From a virus (Duplodnaviria > Caudoviricetes): a stretch of DNA of 28,636 nt. The stretch spans positions 1 through 28,636 of IMG/VR virus record IMGVR_UViG_3300044247_000011. The stretch is one strand, 5' to 3'. The position numbers and the translations under genes were made by a program. Below, piece after piece: positions 6,804 to 15,308 of the stretch. The notes beneath the pieces were generated by a model. That model worked only from the letters and a program-made list of their open reading frames with translations. It had not been told where the DNA came from and ran no database searches. Positions within the stretch are counted from its first letter, which is position 1, and every line of letters starts with the position of its first letter.

Positions 6804-6934
6804 AGTCCAAGTAACAGCACCGCAACAAACGCAAAGAATACGTTGGACGATGCAAACGGTGCCATTGGTGGCAGTGGTAGGATGGTGAGCAACCAGAGAA
6901 ACATAACTACAACGAACAGGATTTCTAGAATCAT
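6776..6934 (-). CDS. Small two-TM membrane protein (52 aa), possible lysis accessory or holin
   Basis: MILEILFVVVMFLWLLTIL-PLPPMAPFASSN-VFFAFVAVLLLGLYIFL. ATGA overlap with the upstream gene and a GGAG RBS. Last gene of the late operon. Confidence 0.65.
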   Translation of the reverse strand: MILEILFVVVMFLWLLTILPLPPMAPFASSNVFFAFVAVLLLGLYIFLPGMR

Positions 6935-7113
6935 GGCGTCCTCCGCTTTTGGTAGCGCCGCAATGCGGCCCGCGACTGCGGACCCCAATCTCCGTCTATC
7001 TCCCCCTTATACAAGCCCTCGGCCTGAAGGTGGATTTGCAGCGAGCGGGCTTTCAGTTCAAAGTCCCTGATCGCCGCCGCCAACTCGACCTTAGCGGCAT
7101 CCTCGGCATTCAC
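6931..7113 (-). CDS. Stand-alone peptidoglycan-binding (PG_binding_1-like) mini-protein
   Basis: LQIHLQAEGLYKGEIDGDWGPQSRAALRRYQ matches the DGxxGxxTxxAxxxFQ motif. An in-frame TAA at 7128-7126 shows the ORF cannot extend further upstream. Confidence 0.7.
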   Translation of the reverse strand: MNAEDAAKVELAAAIRDFELKARSLQIHLQAEGLYKGEIDGDWGPQSRAALRRYQKRRTP

Positions 7114-7139
7114 CGGGGGATCTTTTTACAGACCCCCCA
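7114..7139. other. Hairpin between the Pro-rich gene and the PG-binding gene
   Basis: GGGGGATCT-TTTTAC-AGACCCCCC inverted repeat directly abutting the GTG at 7113. Confidence 0.5.
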
Positions 7140-7150
7140 GCAAACCTAGT

Positions 7151-7804
7151 TCAACGACGGCGCGGATCGACACGCGGGGGATCTGCCGGCAAATCCTGAT
7201 TCGGCCCGGTGGGATAGGTTTTAACGACCCAATCCTGGCCGGGTCGGTGAACCGCTACGACCGTCTGGCTCTCCAACGCTGGCGGCAGCGGCGGGATCGG
7301 TTCGGGCGGCCACACCGATGGCGGCACGGGCAACCCCTGATCTGGCCCTGGCTGTGATCCCGGCAGCCCTTGATCAGGATGCGGTTGCGATCCCGGCAGC
7401 CCTTGATCCGGATACGAAGGTGCCCCGCCCCAGATGCCCAGCGGTGGCAGTACGATCGGGTGAGACGGAACCCCTGGTGAGATAGCCCCCGGCGGGATCA
7501 CGATAGGATGGGAGGGGTGTGCCGGCGGCGGGAGAACGATTGGGTGGGTAGGCACACCCGGACCAATAGCGCCCGGTGGGATCGTGATAGGGTGGGCAGG
7601 GTGCCCTGGACCCGGCCAGACGCTAGGAGGCAGGTAGATAGGGTGTGAAGGTACACCCGGTGAGATCGCATCCGGCGGAATGACGATAGGCTGAGTAGGG
7701 AACCCCGGCCCTTGTGACGGGTAAGACGGCGGCTCGTAGATCGGATGAGTAGGTGTCCCACCGCTACTCAATGGCGTGATCATCGCAAAAAACGATTCAG
7801 GCAT
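7151..7804 (-). CDS. Proline/histidine-rich repeat protein (217 aa), function unknown
   Basis: AGGAG RBS. Seven P[TSA][HQ]PIxxPP units and three PDQGLP units. Confidence 0.85.
   Translation of the reverse strand: MPESFFAMITPLSSGGTPTHPIYEPPSYPSQGPGFPTQPIVIPPDAISPGVPSHPIYLPPSVWPGPGHPAHPITIPPGAIGPGVPTHPIVLPPPAHPSHPIVIPPGAISPGVPSHPIVLPPLGIWGGAPSYPDQGLPGSQPHPDQGLPGSQPGPDQGLPVPPSVWPPEPIPPLPPALESQTVVAVHRPGQDWVVKTYPTGPNQDLPADPPRVDPRRR
7328..7411 (-). repeat. Coding tandem repeat, 33-bp unit x3 (PDQGLPGSQPx)
   Basis: PDQGLP-coding blocks at 7328-7345, 7361-7378 and 7394-7411. Confidence 0.85.
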
Positions 7805-7874
7805 AACGTTAAACTCCTGTGAGAGCGTGTCGTAGCCTACACGCCTTGGTTCGGTATTCCAACAAGGCTACTTG

Positions 7875-8330
7875 TCAGCCGTCTTCTTCATCCGGCGTCA
7901 GGTACAGGTCAGCCTCTTCCTGTCGCCGCCGCACCAACCCTGGTAAAACTCGGCCGCCGCCCTGGTTCCACATGCCGAACGCTTCGGCCGCTTCGTCATA
8001 ACGACCGTCACAGTGCATCCGTAGAACCGTTGACCTCCGCAGACCGCCAAGGCCAATGTTGTAGGCGAGGCTTACCAGGGCACTGAATTGGTTATACGTG
8101 GTCGGGGCGTCATCGATGAGCTTCAACACGCCGGCCTCGAACTCCCGCTCCAACCGATTCGCCAGTAACTCTTCCGCCTTCTCCTGCGTTATCCGCATGC
8201 CATGTTTAACGTGTGGCCCAGTGTCCCCATAGCCGATCGTAAGCTTTCCGGCAGGGCATACGTATGCGGTTAGCTCGCATCCCTCGTTGCGCTTGATCAG
8301 ATCCAATCCGGCAGCATTGGTCTTCATCAC
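7875..8330 (-). CDS. Endolysin, GH24 phage lysozyme
   Basis: LIKRNEGCELTAYVCPAGKLTIGYG (E-x8-C-x5-T triad), QFSALVSLAYNIG, W...GGRVLPGLVRRRQEEADLY. Start is either GTG 8330 or ATG 8327. Confidence 0.95.
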   Translation of the reverse strand: MMKTNAAGLDLIKRNEGCELTAYVCPAGKLTIGYGDTGPHVKHGMRITQEKAEELLANRLEREFEAGVLKLIDDAPTTYNQFSALVSLAYNIGLGGLRRSTVLRMHCDGRYDEAAEAFGMWNQGGGRVLPGLVRRRQEEADLYLTPDEEDG

Positions 8331-8342
8331 CTTTCGTCTCCC

Positions 8343-8966
8343 TTAATGAGTGGCCAGCGTCCCGGCAATCTCACGGGCCACCCGCACAGCTACGTCCTCA
8401 GAACTTGCTTCCGGTGGTGTCGCCCACGCGAGGTAGATGACACCGACAAAAACGTCAGGAGACGGTGGCACGGGTATGGCGCAACCACGTTTCATGCCCC
8501 TCTCGGCTAGGCGTCTAACAACTGGTGTCCCGGAAGCGGTGAGATTAACGCATACCGCGTTACCGTTCAAAACATCAACCAACGCCTTCGTATCGCTAAT
8601 ATGTACAATGATCGGCAGGGATCGCGGAGACGGGATTACTGGGCGTTCACCGTCACGTCTCCTGGCACTGATAAATTTTTGCGTATTACTCGGTAGATCA
8701 ACAGACCAGATCTGAACAAGGTCCGCATCCGATTCTTCGGTTAGTTTATTTAGCGCTGCCGGAACCTCATTGACCTTGAGTGTAGGGGTGGACGGGGTTA
8801 ACCAAGCCTCAATAATCTCGTTGCGTTTCTCGTACACCACCCAGCTAATCACGCCTACGATAACCAAACCGGCTACAGCAAACGCCTTCCATGGGGTATC
8901 GACATAGTTAAACAGGCGGCCAACGAGATCGCCCACGGCACTACGAGAGGGCGGCGGATCGCTCAT
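8343..8966 (-). CDS. Probable holin: single TM plus GAF-like soluble domain (T4 gpT-like architecture)
   Basis: Directly upstream of the endolysin. Amphipathic N-terminus, one TM (AFAVAGLVIVGVISWVVY), then ADLVQIWSVD...CAIPV...FVGVIYLAW GAF-like strands. Confidence 0.6.
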   Translation of the reverse strand: MSDPPPSRSAVGDLVGRLFNYVDTPWKAFAVAGLVIVGVISWVVYEKRNEIIEAWLTPSTPTLKVNEVPAALNKLTEESDADLVQIWSVDLPSNTQKFISARRRDGERPVIPSPRSLPIIVHISDTKALVDVLNGNAVCVNLTASGTPVVRRLAERGMKRGCAIPVPPSPDVFVGVIYLAWATPPEASSEDVAVRVAREIAGTLATH

Positions 8967-9304
8967 GTGAATACCGTGATTGCCCGGTTGAAGCCGCTGG
9001 TACTAGGCGTGGGCGGCGGCCCCGTACCCATACTGCCCGTCACCCTCGACATTGCCGTGGCACGCCCCTCCAGCAGCGCCGCAACGGCAATCCCGCCTCG
9101 TGCGCTACTGCGGCCCATAGCCCTGCCGTAGACGATCGCACTCGGCATGATGACGCCACGGGCACTGGACCGGCGTGCCGATGCCCGTGCGAACAGTCCG
9201 ACACCGGAAAGCAGCGTCTCGCGAACAACCCCCGCGACTCGCAGTTCACCGTCAGCGGAAACCAGCGCTTCGCGTACCGTTCCCGCATTGCGGATGTCGG
9301 TCAC
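8963..9304 (-). CDS. Hypothetical late protein (113 aa), possibly virion-associated
   Basis: Overlapping start and stop with both neighbours; contains AGxVRExLxS and ARxxGRSSARG internal repeats. Confidence 0.65.
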   Translation of the reverse strand: MTDIRNAGTVREALVSADGELRVAGVVRETLLSGVGLFARASARRSSARGVIMPSAIVYGRAMGRSSARGGIAVAALLEGRATAMSRVTGSMGTGPPPTPSTSGFNRAITVFT

Positions 9305-10803
9305 GATGCCACCCTGACCCCCGCTTGGGCCGCATTAAGCCCTGCCGGTGTCCATGCTGCCCCGGTATTAGGGTCAGTCCCGAAATAGGTTGACGCCCAA
9401 CCATAGGTCGTACCGGGCGCTATGCTGGCGACAGACCCCGCGCTGTTGGTGGTGCCGGATTTCAGCCTCATGCTAGCGGTCTTCGTGCCACTGTCGCTCT
9501 TTGCCAGCGACGCTTTGACCGCCACCGCATGCACGGTTGGAGCGGTAACCGGTGGGAAATTGTACAGATCCTCATCCCCAACCGTGGCGTCAAACGCGTA
9601 GCTGTACTGGCCCTCCGATGGGTTGTTGTTTACCTCGTCGTAGTTAGCCCCGGTAATACCGGTAAGGTTGCCCCACATCAGCCAACTTGATTGGCCACCC
9701 GTCATCGCTGGTGCAGTGCCGGGAGCACCGGAAGAAAACGTTGCGTTAGCCCGATAAGCCGACGTATTAAGATCTGATTGTTGATAATTAAGAGCCGCAA
9801 TATCATTCATCCAGCCTAGCCAATACTGCGTACCAGCCGTTAGTGCTTGTGGCGTCGTCAACGGCATCGTCACAGCCACGCCCGCAGTCATCCCAACAAC
9901 CGTCGAGCCAGTCGATAACAACGCACCAGCCACTCCAGCCGTATCGCCATAAACCACCGGACGCAGATTTATCACTCCGCTTGTTGCTGCTGGAACAACC
10001 GAGATTGAAGCCAGCGTACAATTAACACTCGGAGTAAAACGTCTCAGGTTCACGCTATTAGCCACTGGCTGATTAGTTACTGCTGTACGCGCCACACTGG
10101 AACCCAGTATCCCCGCCCCCACGGCAAACTGCACCGCGCTGTCACTGACCGGGAACTGTGTCTCGATGCGCGGGCTATTCAACAGGACCGCGTTATTGGT
10201 GCTGCCGGTCGCGTCGAACAGATAGAGATCGTCAACCGTCAGCGTAATATTCCCGCCGCTGGTGCCGTTAATGATAAATTGGTTGGCGGTGTTGTTAGCG
10301 GTGCCTGTCGTGTCGCCGGTCCCACTGAACAGTGACACACCATCAAGCCACACCTGATACGCGGCGGCGTTACCAAAGGTAATGTCCCATTCAAGATAGT
10401 GTGTGCTGTTAGAAGATATAGTACCGGCACTCGTTGCGATCGCGGTCCCGCCAGGAGCACCGTTACGCAAACTGATCAACCCTGTCGGAGCAACAACAAT
10501 GGAACACTGAAAGGTACCGGCGTCGGCAAACGAAATACCGGCGTTAAACGCTCCGCCAAGGGTTGCCGAGAAACGAATACCGCCGATCAAACGTGAGTAA
10601 CTAGCCGATAATGTTTTCGCTAATGCGTTTACGCCCACTGTCCCTGAAATCGCCTGCCCCGTTGCACTAAGCCCATTAACAATACTCCACGTACCGGCTG
10701 CTACCGTGTTCCACTCACCCGCCTGCAACATCGCCTGCACGCCAGCGGTGTTGCTGTTGACGCCGCCGTATTTATCGCACCCTTCCAGAAATACAATAGC
10801 CAC
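9301..10803 (-). CDS. Virion structural / tail fibre-associated beta-rich protein
   Basis: A/G/T/S/N-rich, with MAIVFLEG...HYLEW...VWLDG...VDDLYLFD...DEDLY...DPNTGAAWT motifs seen in chi/YuA-like tail proteins. GTG at 10803 has a well-spaced GGAGG (ORF track start is 10821). Confidence 0.75.
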   Translation of the reverse strand: MAIVFLEGCDKYGGVNSNTAGVQAMLQAGEWNTVAAGTWSIVNGLSATGQAISGTVGVNALAKTLSASYSRLIGGIRFSATLGGAFNAGISFADAGTFQCSIVVAPTGLISLRNGAPGGTAIATSAGTISSNSTHYLEWDITFGNAAAYQVWLDGVSLFSGTGDTTGTANNTANQFIINGTSGGNITLTVDDLYLFDATGSTNNAVLLNSPRIETQFPVSDSAVQFAVGAGILGSSVARTAVTNQPVANSVNLRRFTPSVNCTLASISVVPAATSGVINLRPVVYGDTAGVAGALLSTGSTVVGMTAGVAVTMPLTTPQALTAGTQYWLGWMNDIAALNYQQSDLNTSAYRANATFSSGAPGTAPAMTGGQSSWLMWGNLTGITGANYDEVNNNPSEGQYSYAFDATVGDEDLYNFPPVTAPTVHAVAVKASLAKSDSGTKTASMRLKSGTTNSAGSVASIAPGTTYGWASTYFGTDPNTGAAWTPAGLNAAQAGVRVAS

Positions 10804-10817
10804 AACCACGCCCTCCT

Positions 10818-11477
10818 TCATCCAGAGGCGATCGTCAGGGAACCAACCGGAAATGCGACCGGGACTCCGCTAGCAAGGGTCTGCGCCGCCAGCTTGCGAA
10901 CCATGCCATTGCCCACGCTGCTGGTATTAACCGCAGTACCTGAGTTGACCGCAGTGAACGTGTTCGCGGCCGGACTCGCGACGGTCAGTGGACCCGTGAA
11001 GTTGGACTGTGAGAAGGCGGGGGATGCCCCACCGTACTCATTTGTCCAGATGACGAGATCGCCCGCCGTGAAGCCGTGCGCCGGTACGGTCAACACCCCC
11101 GGTGAAGCGAGCGACACCGTCGCCGGCAACCAATCAAAGTTACCCAGGTAGTCCCACACCAACAAGTTGCCGCTGGTCGAGGCGTCGTACAGCCCGAAAG
11201 CGATCACCCCGCTCCAGGCTGCTCCCGGTAGCGGGAAGTTCATTGCAGCAGCATTGCTGATGGTACTCGGCGCTGACCCGCCAGCGGTATTCCAATCGGC
11301 GGCGGCGGTTGCGACTCGCGCGTACCCGGCCGCCGACACCTCGGTAAACCCTGTTCCATCATCCAACCCGACACCCGTGAACAGTGCGATGTAGGCTGTG
11401 GACAGGGTGAACATAGCCGTCTTGCCGGTGACGTGGTTGAGAACCCCGCGCGACACGCGATCGGTAAAGCCGGTCAT
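10818..11477 (-). CDS. Tail fibre-associated protein (219 aa)
   Basis: YIALFT...TEVSAAGYARV...FGLYDASTSGNLL motif of short phage tail proteins, with an inserted SPGVLTVPAHGFTAGDLV beta-barrel-type segment. Confidence 0.75.
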   Translation of the reverse strand: MTGFTDRVSRGVLNHVTGKTAMFTLSTAYIALFTGVGLDDGTGFTEVSAAGYARVATAAADWNTAGGSAPSTISNAAAMNFPLPGAAWSGVIAFGLYDASTSGNLLVWDYLGNFDWLPATVSLASPGVLTVPAHGFTAGDLVIWTNEYGGASPAFSQSNFTGPLTVASPAANTFTAVNSGTAVNTSSVGNGMVRKLAAQTLASGVPVAFPVGSLTIASG

Positions 11478-12295
11478 GTCTCATACCCCACGATGGTGCC
11501 GAATGGCCCAGAGAACCCGCTGTCTGGAGTCGCCGGGGCAAGGATGCGGAGAACGTCACCCTTCGCAAAGTTGATGACAGTCCCAGACGAGTTAAACGTA
11601 GCGTTAACCGTACCAACCCCGACCGTAATCGTGCCGACATTGGTAAAGGTAAGCGGTGTCGCGGCAACCGCTTTCTGCACACGCAGCACAACAGCGGCAG
11701 TGGCTGCGGCAGTCCCGCCCAACGTACTCGACGCACCCAGATAGTCGCCGAAATCCGGCGATATCCGAAACGGGAAGCTGAACCGATGGTAGAAGAGCGC
11801 CTGATTGGCAGTGAGCAACGCAGCCGGGTCAGCCCCAAACGATAGACCGCGCATCGGCCGCACGTTGACGAACTTACCCACCGTATCATCGTAGACGATG
11901 GCATCGTTGTCGGCGGGTGACACGAAGTCGAACCTATCGTCCGCTCCAGTATCTTCGACCCACGTCGTACCGTCGAACGTCCATACCGAATCGGTCTGAG
12001 AGTTCCAGGCGCGCCAGCCCGTCTTCGGTGCATAGTAGAACCAATCGGTCGTCGCAAAGACCGCGATCGTGTTCGAGTGACCCGCCCACAAGCCTGCTCC
12101 CGCAGTGCCAACGATGTAACGGTCACCGTTTGCCGGCAGGATGCTGGGCGGCGAGTCCATCCGGTCGAGCACAGCCAGATGCACTAAGGCGTCGAGCCGT
12201 GCGAAGTTGGGATTGAACCCGCCGACACCCCACCCGTCTTCATGGGGTGCCCATCCCCATACGACGCCTAGATTGGGTCCACTAGTACCGGGCAT
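11474..12295 (-). CDS. DUF2793-domain tail fibre/adaptor protein
   Basis: N..RLDALVHLAV...PP...GDRYIV...GLWAGH...IA...W.YY.PKTGWRAW is the DUF2793 signature. Confidence 0.85.
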   Translation of the reverse strand: MPGTSGPNLGVVWGWAPHEDGWGVGGFNPNFARLDALVHLAVLDRMDSPPSILPANGDRYIVGTAGAGLWAGHSNTIAVFATTDWFYYAPKTGWRAWNSQTDSVWTFDGTTWVEDTGADDRFDFVSPADNDAIVYDDTVGKFVNVRPMRGLSFGADPAALLTANQALFYHRFSFPFRISPDFGDYLGASSTLGGTAAATAAVVLRVQKAVAATPLTFTNVGTITVGVGTVNATFNSSGTVINFAKGDVLRILAPATPDSGFSGPFGTIVGYET

Positions 12296-14868
12296 CAGGG
12301 TGGTCCCCCATCGAAATTGTAGTCGAAGTCATCATCGAACGCGCCGACACGGTACAACCGGAACTCGTAACGTTGCCATGAGTGAAAGGTGCCGCGTACC
12401 GACTCCAAGGTAAACCAATACGACGGCAACTGGCCGTCTACGATGTCCATGCCGTTGGTGTAAGTCCATGACGTACCAGCGATCAGGCTTACGACACGCA
12501 ACACTGTCGTCGGTTCAGGATCAGCCCCATCGTAAACGCGGATTGTATAGGTGATGCCGGATTCCGGCCCGGTGCTGCCTGCTGAATGTTCGAGTAGGAA
12601 ATTGGCCTGTGTGATTCGGTCACGGTGCGACCATGTCAGTTCCCGATCACCGGCCGTAGACACCACGTTTAATTCATACGGATCACCATTCACCCTCAGG
12701 TTCCCCGGTGGGTAGGGACGCCCCTGCCGACCACCGATATCCACCTCATCCGTATCAGCCAGAGCGGCGTCAAGCTGTTCGCTGGAGGTGCGGGTAAGCA
12801 GCTTGACCTGAACGATTTCACTGGTTGAATAGTCCCGGAAATCTGTCGTGGGAGCGTGGCTCTGAAACCAGATCTTGTCGCCCTTCTTGAACTCATGCAG
12901 GACGGTATCGATACAGCCACGCGCGACCGTCAACTCTCCGGTCAGCAGATCGATGTCATCAAGGCGACAGTATTCTTGAATCGTCGGGTCAGCCCGGCTA
13001 ACAAGGACGATCGGCGTGCCGATCGCTGCCGTCACCAACTCCATCGAACTGCCGCTCGTAAAGCTGAACACCGTGTCACGCAGCCCGATGTCTCCGACCA
13101 ACTCGGCACCAGCATCAAACCCGGCGATATTGCGTTCAACAAAACCCACTTCCGATGTGGTCTTGCTTGAAACGACGTAATCCATCGCCGCCCCACCGGG
13201 CCGCTCGGCGAAGATCTTGACGACGCCGGTATCCGCCGTCACCGCTCCAAGCTCGGCCGGTGGTAGGTTTTCACTGAGATCGAAGTAGGTCATCTCCCCG
13301 ACCAACCTCTCAGAGATAACCCTTGCTGAGCGGTCGGGTGGTATCCAGAAGCTTCGCTGTGGCGTCACGAAGCTGGTAGCGGGCAAGCTGAACACGTCCT
13401 GCACGGCAACGACGGTGATCGTGTTGTCCTCAAGCGGACCTTCCTCGATCTCCCCGATACGTAAGATCAAGTTGCCGATGCCACGGGATGGAGCGCTGAT
13501 CCGAATCACGTCACCCGGTGCGAAGGAGAATCCAACCCGATCGAACTTGATCCGCATCCGCCGCACATCAGCCGAGTTAGCCTGCAAATCCCGCTGCGCC
13601 AGCCGCATCGCGAGAGCCGGTGTCGGCACGCCGAGATAATCAACGCTGGTCGAGATCATCGTGCCGAGTGATTGGAACGAGGCGATATTCTGAACTCTGA
13701 CCTGACCCTTCCGCCCACTGATCGGATCGATGTAGTTGACAATGATCTCGTTGTAGGTCGTGTCGGACGAACTCGACTCGTCCTCGATGATCTCAAGCAT
13801 ACCGTTCTCAAAGGTAAAGATCGGTAGCGCTTCAGGGGCGTAGTCGGCCCGGAGCAAACGCAGTTTGAGAAGACCAGTTTGTCGGTCGATATAAACGACG
13901 CCGCCGATGGTGTTGACGATAATCTGGACGAACCTGTCGATATCCTCCTGTCTATTCCAGCGAATGCAGATCCCAAAGCCTTCGCTAATCAGTGTCTGTG
14001 CTACCGCCGTGAAGCTCGCATGATCGATAAAGGATCGCGGCATCCCGCGACCCCAGATATTGTTCGTCGCGCACTCGTATAATATGTGGGCGGGGTTCAT
14101 CGCCTTGACGCCGCCACCTTGCTGGCTGATCGAGGTGAAATTACCGCGAATCTCGCGTACCACCACCGGGTCGCCGAACATCAACGATACCACCAAACCG
14201 CTAACGGTTGCGTCTACCCCATACAATTCATCGCTATGCCCATTGCACACGGCGGCAAAGCGGGAAGCAGTCTCCTCCGCAGTTGACCCGATCGCCACGT
14301 TGTGGCTCGCGCCAGTTAGGTAGGTAAAGAAGTCCACCTGTTCATCGCCGATCGCGATGCCGTCCCCTGAATGCGGCTGAGTGTTAAAGGTGATCAGGGT
14401 TACCGGTGCCGTCTGCATCGGGATCACGGCGAGATCCGGACGCCACACCTCGCCGTCCCAACCGGCGGTCTGACGATTAACCCGCAGTTTCCACGGCTTC
14501 GGGTACGGGTTGTTGCTGCCAATCTGACCGTAGTAGAACAGGGACGTGACGCCCCGCCATCCGGGTACGGGGAACCCGCCTTCTATGGCACCGGTAATAA
14601 TCGAATCGACAACCTGATCCGCTTCACCCATCATCAGCTTGAAGGTGCCGACAATCCCTCCCTCTTTCTGATCACCACCAAATAGGTTTGGTTGGTTGAT
14701 CTGTTGGAAGTCTGAAACCATCAGACTACCCGACCACGCGCTGAGATCACCTATCCTGATGTCGGTAAGCTCGTTGACCGGCCCGCGACCCACGCCCATC
14801 TGGACAGCCATCGTATACTTGTAGCCGCTAACCTGCGACTTGCTGCCACCTTTACCGCCGCTCGGCAT
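12295..14868 (-). CDS. Tail tip / central tail protein (chi/YuA-like, phage-tail_3/J-like)
   Basis: GGKGG...GYKY...LFGGDQKEGGIVG...NNPYPKPW...MNPAHILYECATN..WGRG...EGFGIC...ARG.IDT...RPYPPGN. The ATG at 14868 is preferred over the track's 14901. Confidence 0.88.
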   Translation of the reverse strand: MPSGGKGGSKSQVSGYKYTMAVQMGVGRGPVNELTDIRIGDLSAWSGSLMVSDFQQINQPNLFGGDQKEGGIVGTFKLMMGEADQVVDSIITGAIEGGFPVPGWRGVTSLFYYGQIGSNNPYPKPWKLRVNRQTAGWDGEVWRPDLAVIPMQTAPVTLITFNTQPHSGDGIAIGDEQVDFFTYLTGASHNVAIGSTAEETASRFAAVCNGHSDELYGVDATVSGLVVSLMFGDPVVVREIRGNFTSISQQGGGVKAMNPAHILYECATNNIWGRGMPRSFIDHASFTAVAQTLISEGFGICIRWNRQEDIDRFVQIIVNTIGGVVYIDRQTGLLKLRLLRADYAPEALPIFTFENGMLEIIEDESSSSDTTYNEIIVNYIDPISGRKGQVRVQNIASFQSLGTMISTSVDYLGVPTPALAMRLAQRDLQANSADVRRMRIKFDRVGFSFAPGDVIRISAPSRGIGNLILRIGEIEEGPLEDNTITVVAVQDVFSLPATSFVTPQRSFWIPPDRSARVISERLVGEMTYFDLSENLPPAELGAVTADTGVVKIFAERPGGAAMDYVVSSKTTSEVGFVERNIAGFDAGAELVGDIGLRDTVFSFTSGSSMELVTAAIGTPIVLVSRADPTIQEYCRLDDIDLLTGELTVARGCIDTVLHEFKKGDKIWFQSHAPTTDFRDYSTSEIVQVKLLTRTSSEQLDAALADTDEVDIGGRQGRPYPPGNLRVNGDPYELNVVSTAGDRELTWSHRDRITQANFLLEHSAGSTGPESGITYTIRVYDGADPEPTTVLRVVSLIAGTSWTYTNGMDIVDGQLPSYWFTLESVRGTFHSWQRYEFRLYRVGAFDDDFDYNFDGGPP

Positions 14869-15058
14869 CGGCCTGCTCTCGTAACGCCACCTCGACCACA
14901 ACCAACCCTAAGGGATCGCCCGTCGCTTCAACCTCTGCGACCGAGATGCCGTTCGTGACAAAATCGGACCAGCTAAACCCGTGCGCGGCAAACCAGAGAC
15001 GAGGTTCGCGGTTGCACATCCCCGCCGCCCGCAGATGGCGCATGTAGATCCGTGCCAC
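14852..15058 (-). CDS. Small conserved tail assembly protein (68 aa)
   Basis: IYMRHLRAAGMCNREPRLWFAAHGFSWSDFVTNGI...ATGDP is the typical small gene before the tip protein in chi-like phages. GTG at 15058 overlaps the upstream TAG; this is the C-terminal part of track ORF 14852..15418. Confidence 0.8.
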   Translation of the reverse strand: MARIYMRHLRAAGMCNREPRLWFAAHGFSWSDFVTNGISVAEVEATGDPLGLVVVEVALREQADAERR

Positions 15059-15306
15059 TACTTCTTGCCTCCGCTGGTCTTGGTGCGGATCGCTTGGCTG
15101 GATAAGTTGCCGTAGTACAGCACCATCCAATCCTCTATCCACACGTCCCCAAAGATGACCGGCTGTGGTGTTCCTTCCTCGTGTTGTGGAAACTGGAAGT
15201 CTTCGAAGGTAGCAGGCTTGACAACGTCGGTCTGCGGCTTCTTTGCGGTCAAAGCCGTAATCGTGTAGCTGATGATCATTAGGGCTAGCGCCCAGATGAA
15301 ATTCAT
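15058..15306 (-). CDS. Small tail assembly protein (82 aa)
   Basis: Hydrophobic N-terminus, then F.FPQ.EEGTPQPVIFGDVWI...YYGN...I....GKK. Confidence 0.85.
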   Translation of the reverse strand: MNFIWALALMIISYTITALTAKKPQTDVVKPATFEDFQFPQHEEGTPQPVIFGDVWIEDWMVLYYGNLSSQAIRTKTSGGKK

Positions 15307-15308
15307 CG

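Noticed and set aside
6776-8330. Canonical Rz/Rz1 or unimolecular spanin
   Set aside because: I found no lipobox-bearing ORF or TM plus coiled-coil protein by eye. A very short embedded lipoprotein cannot be fully excluded.
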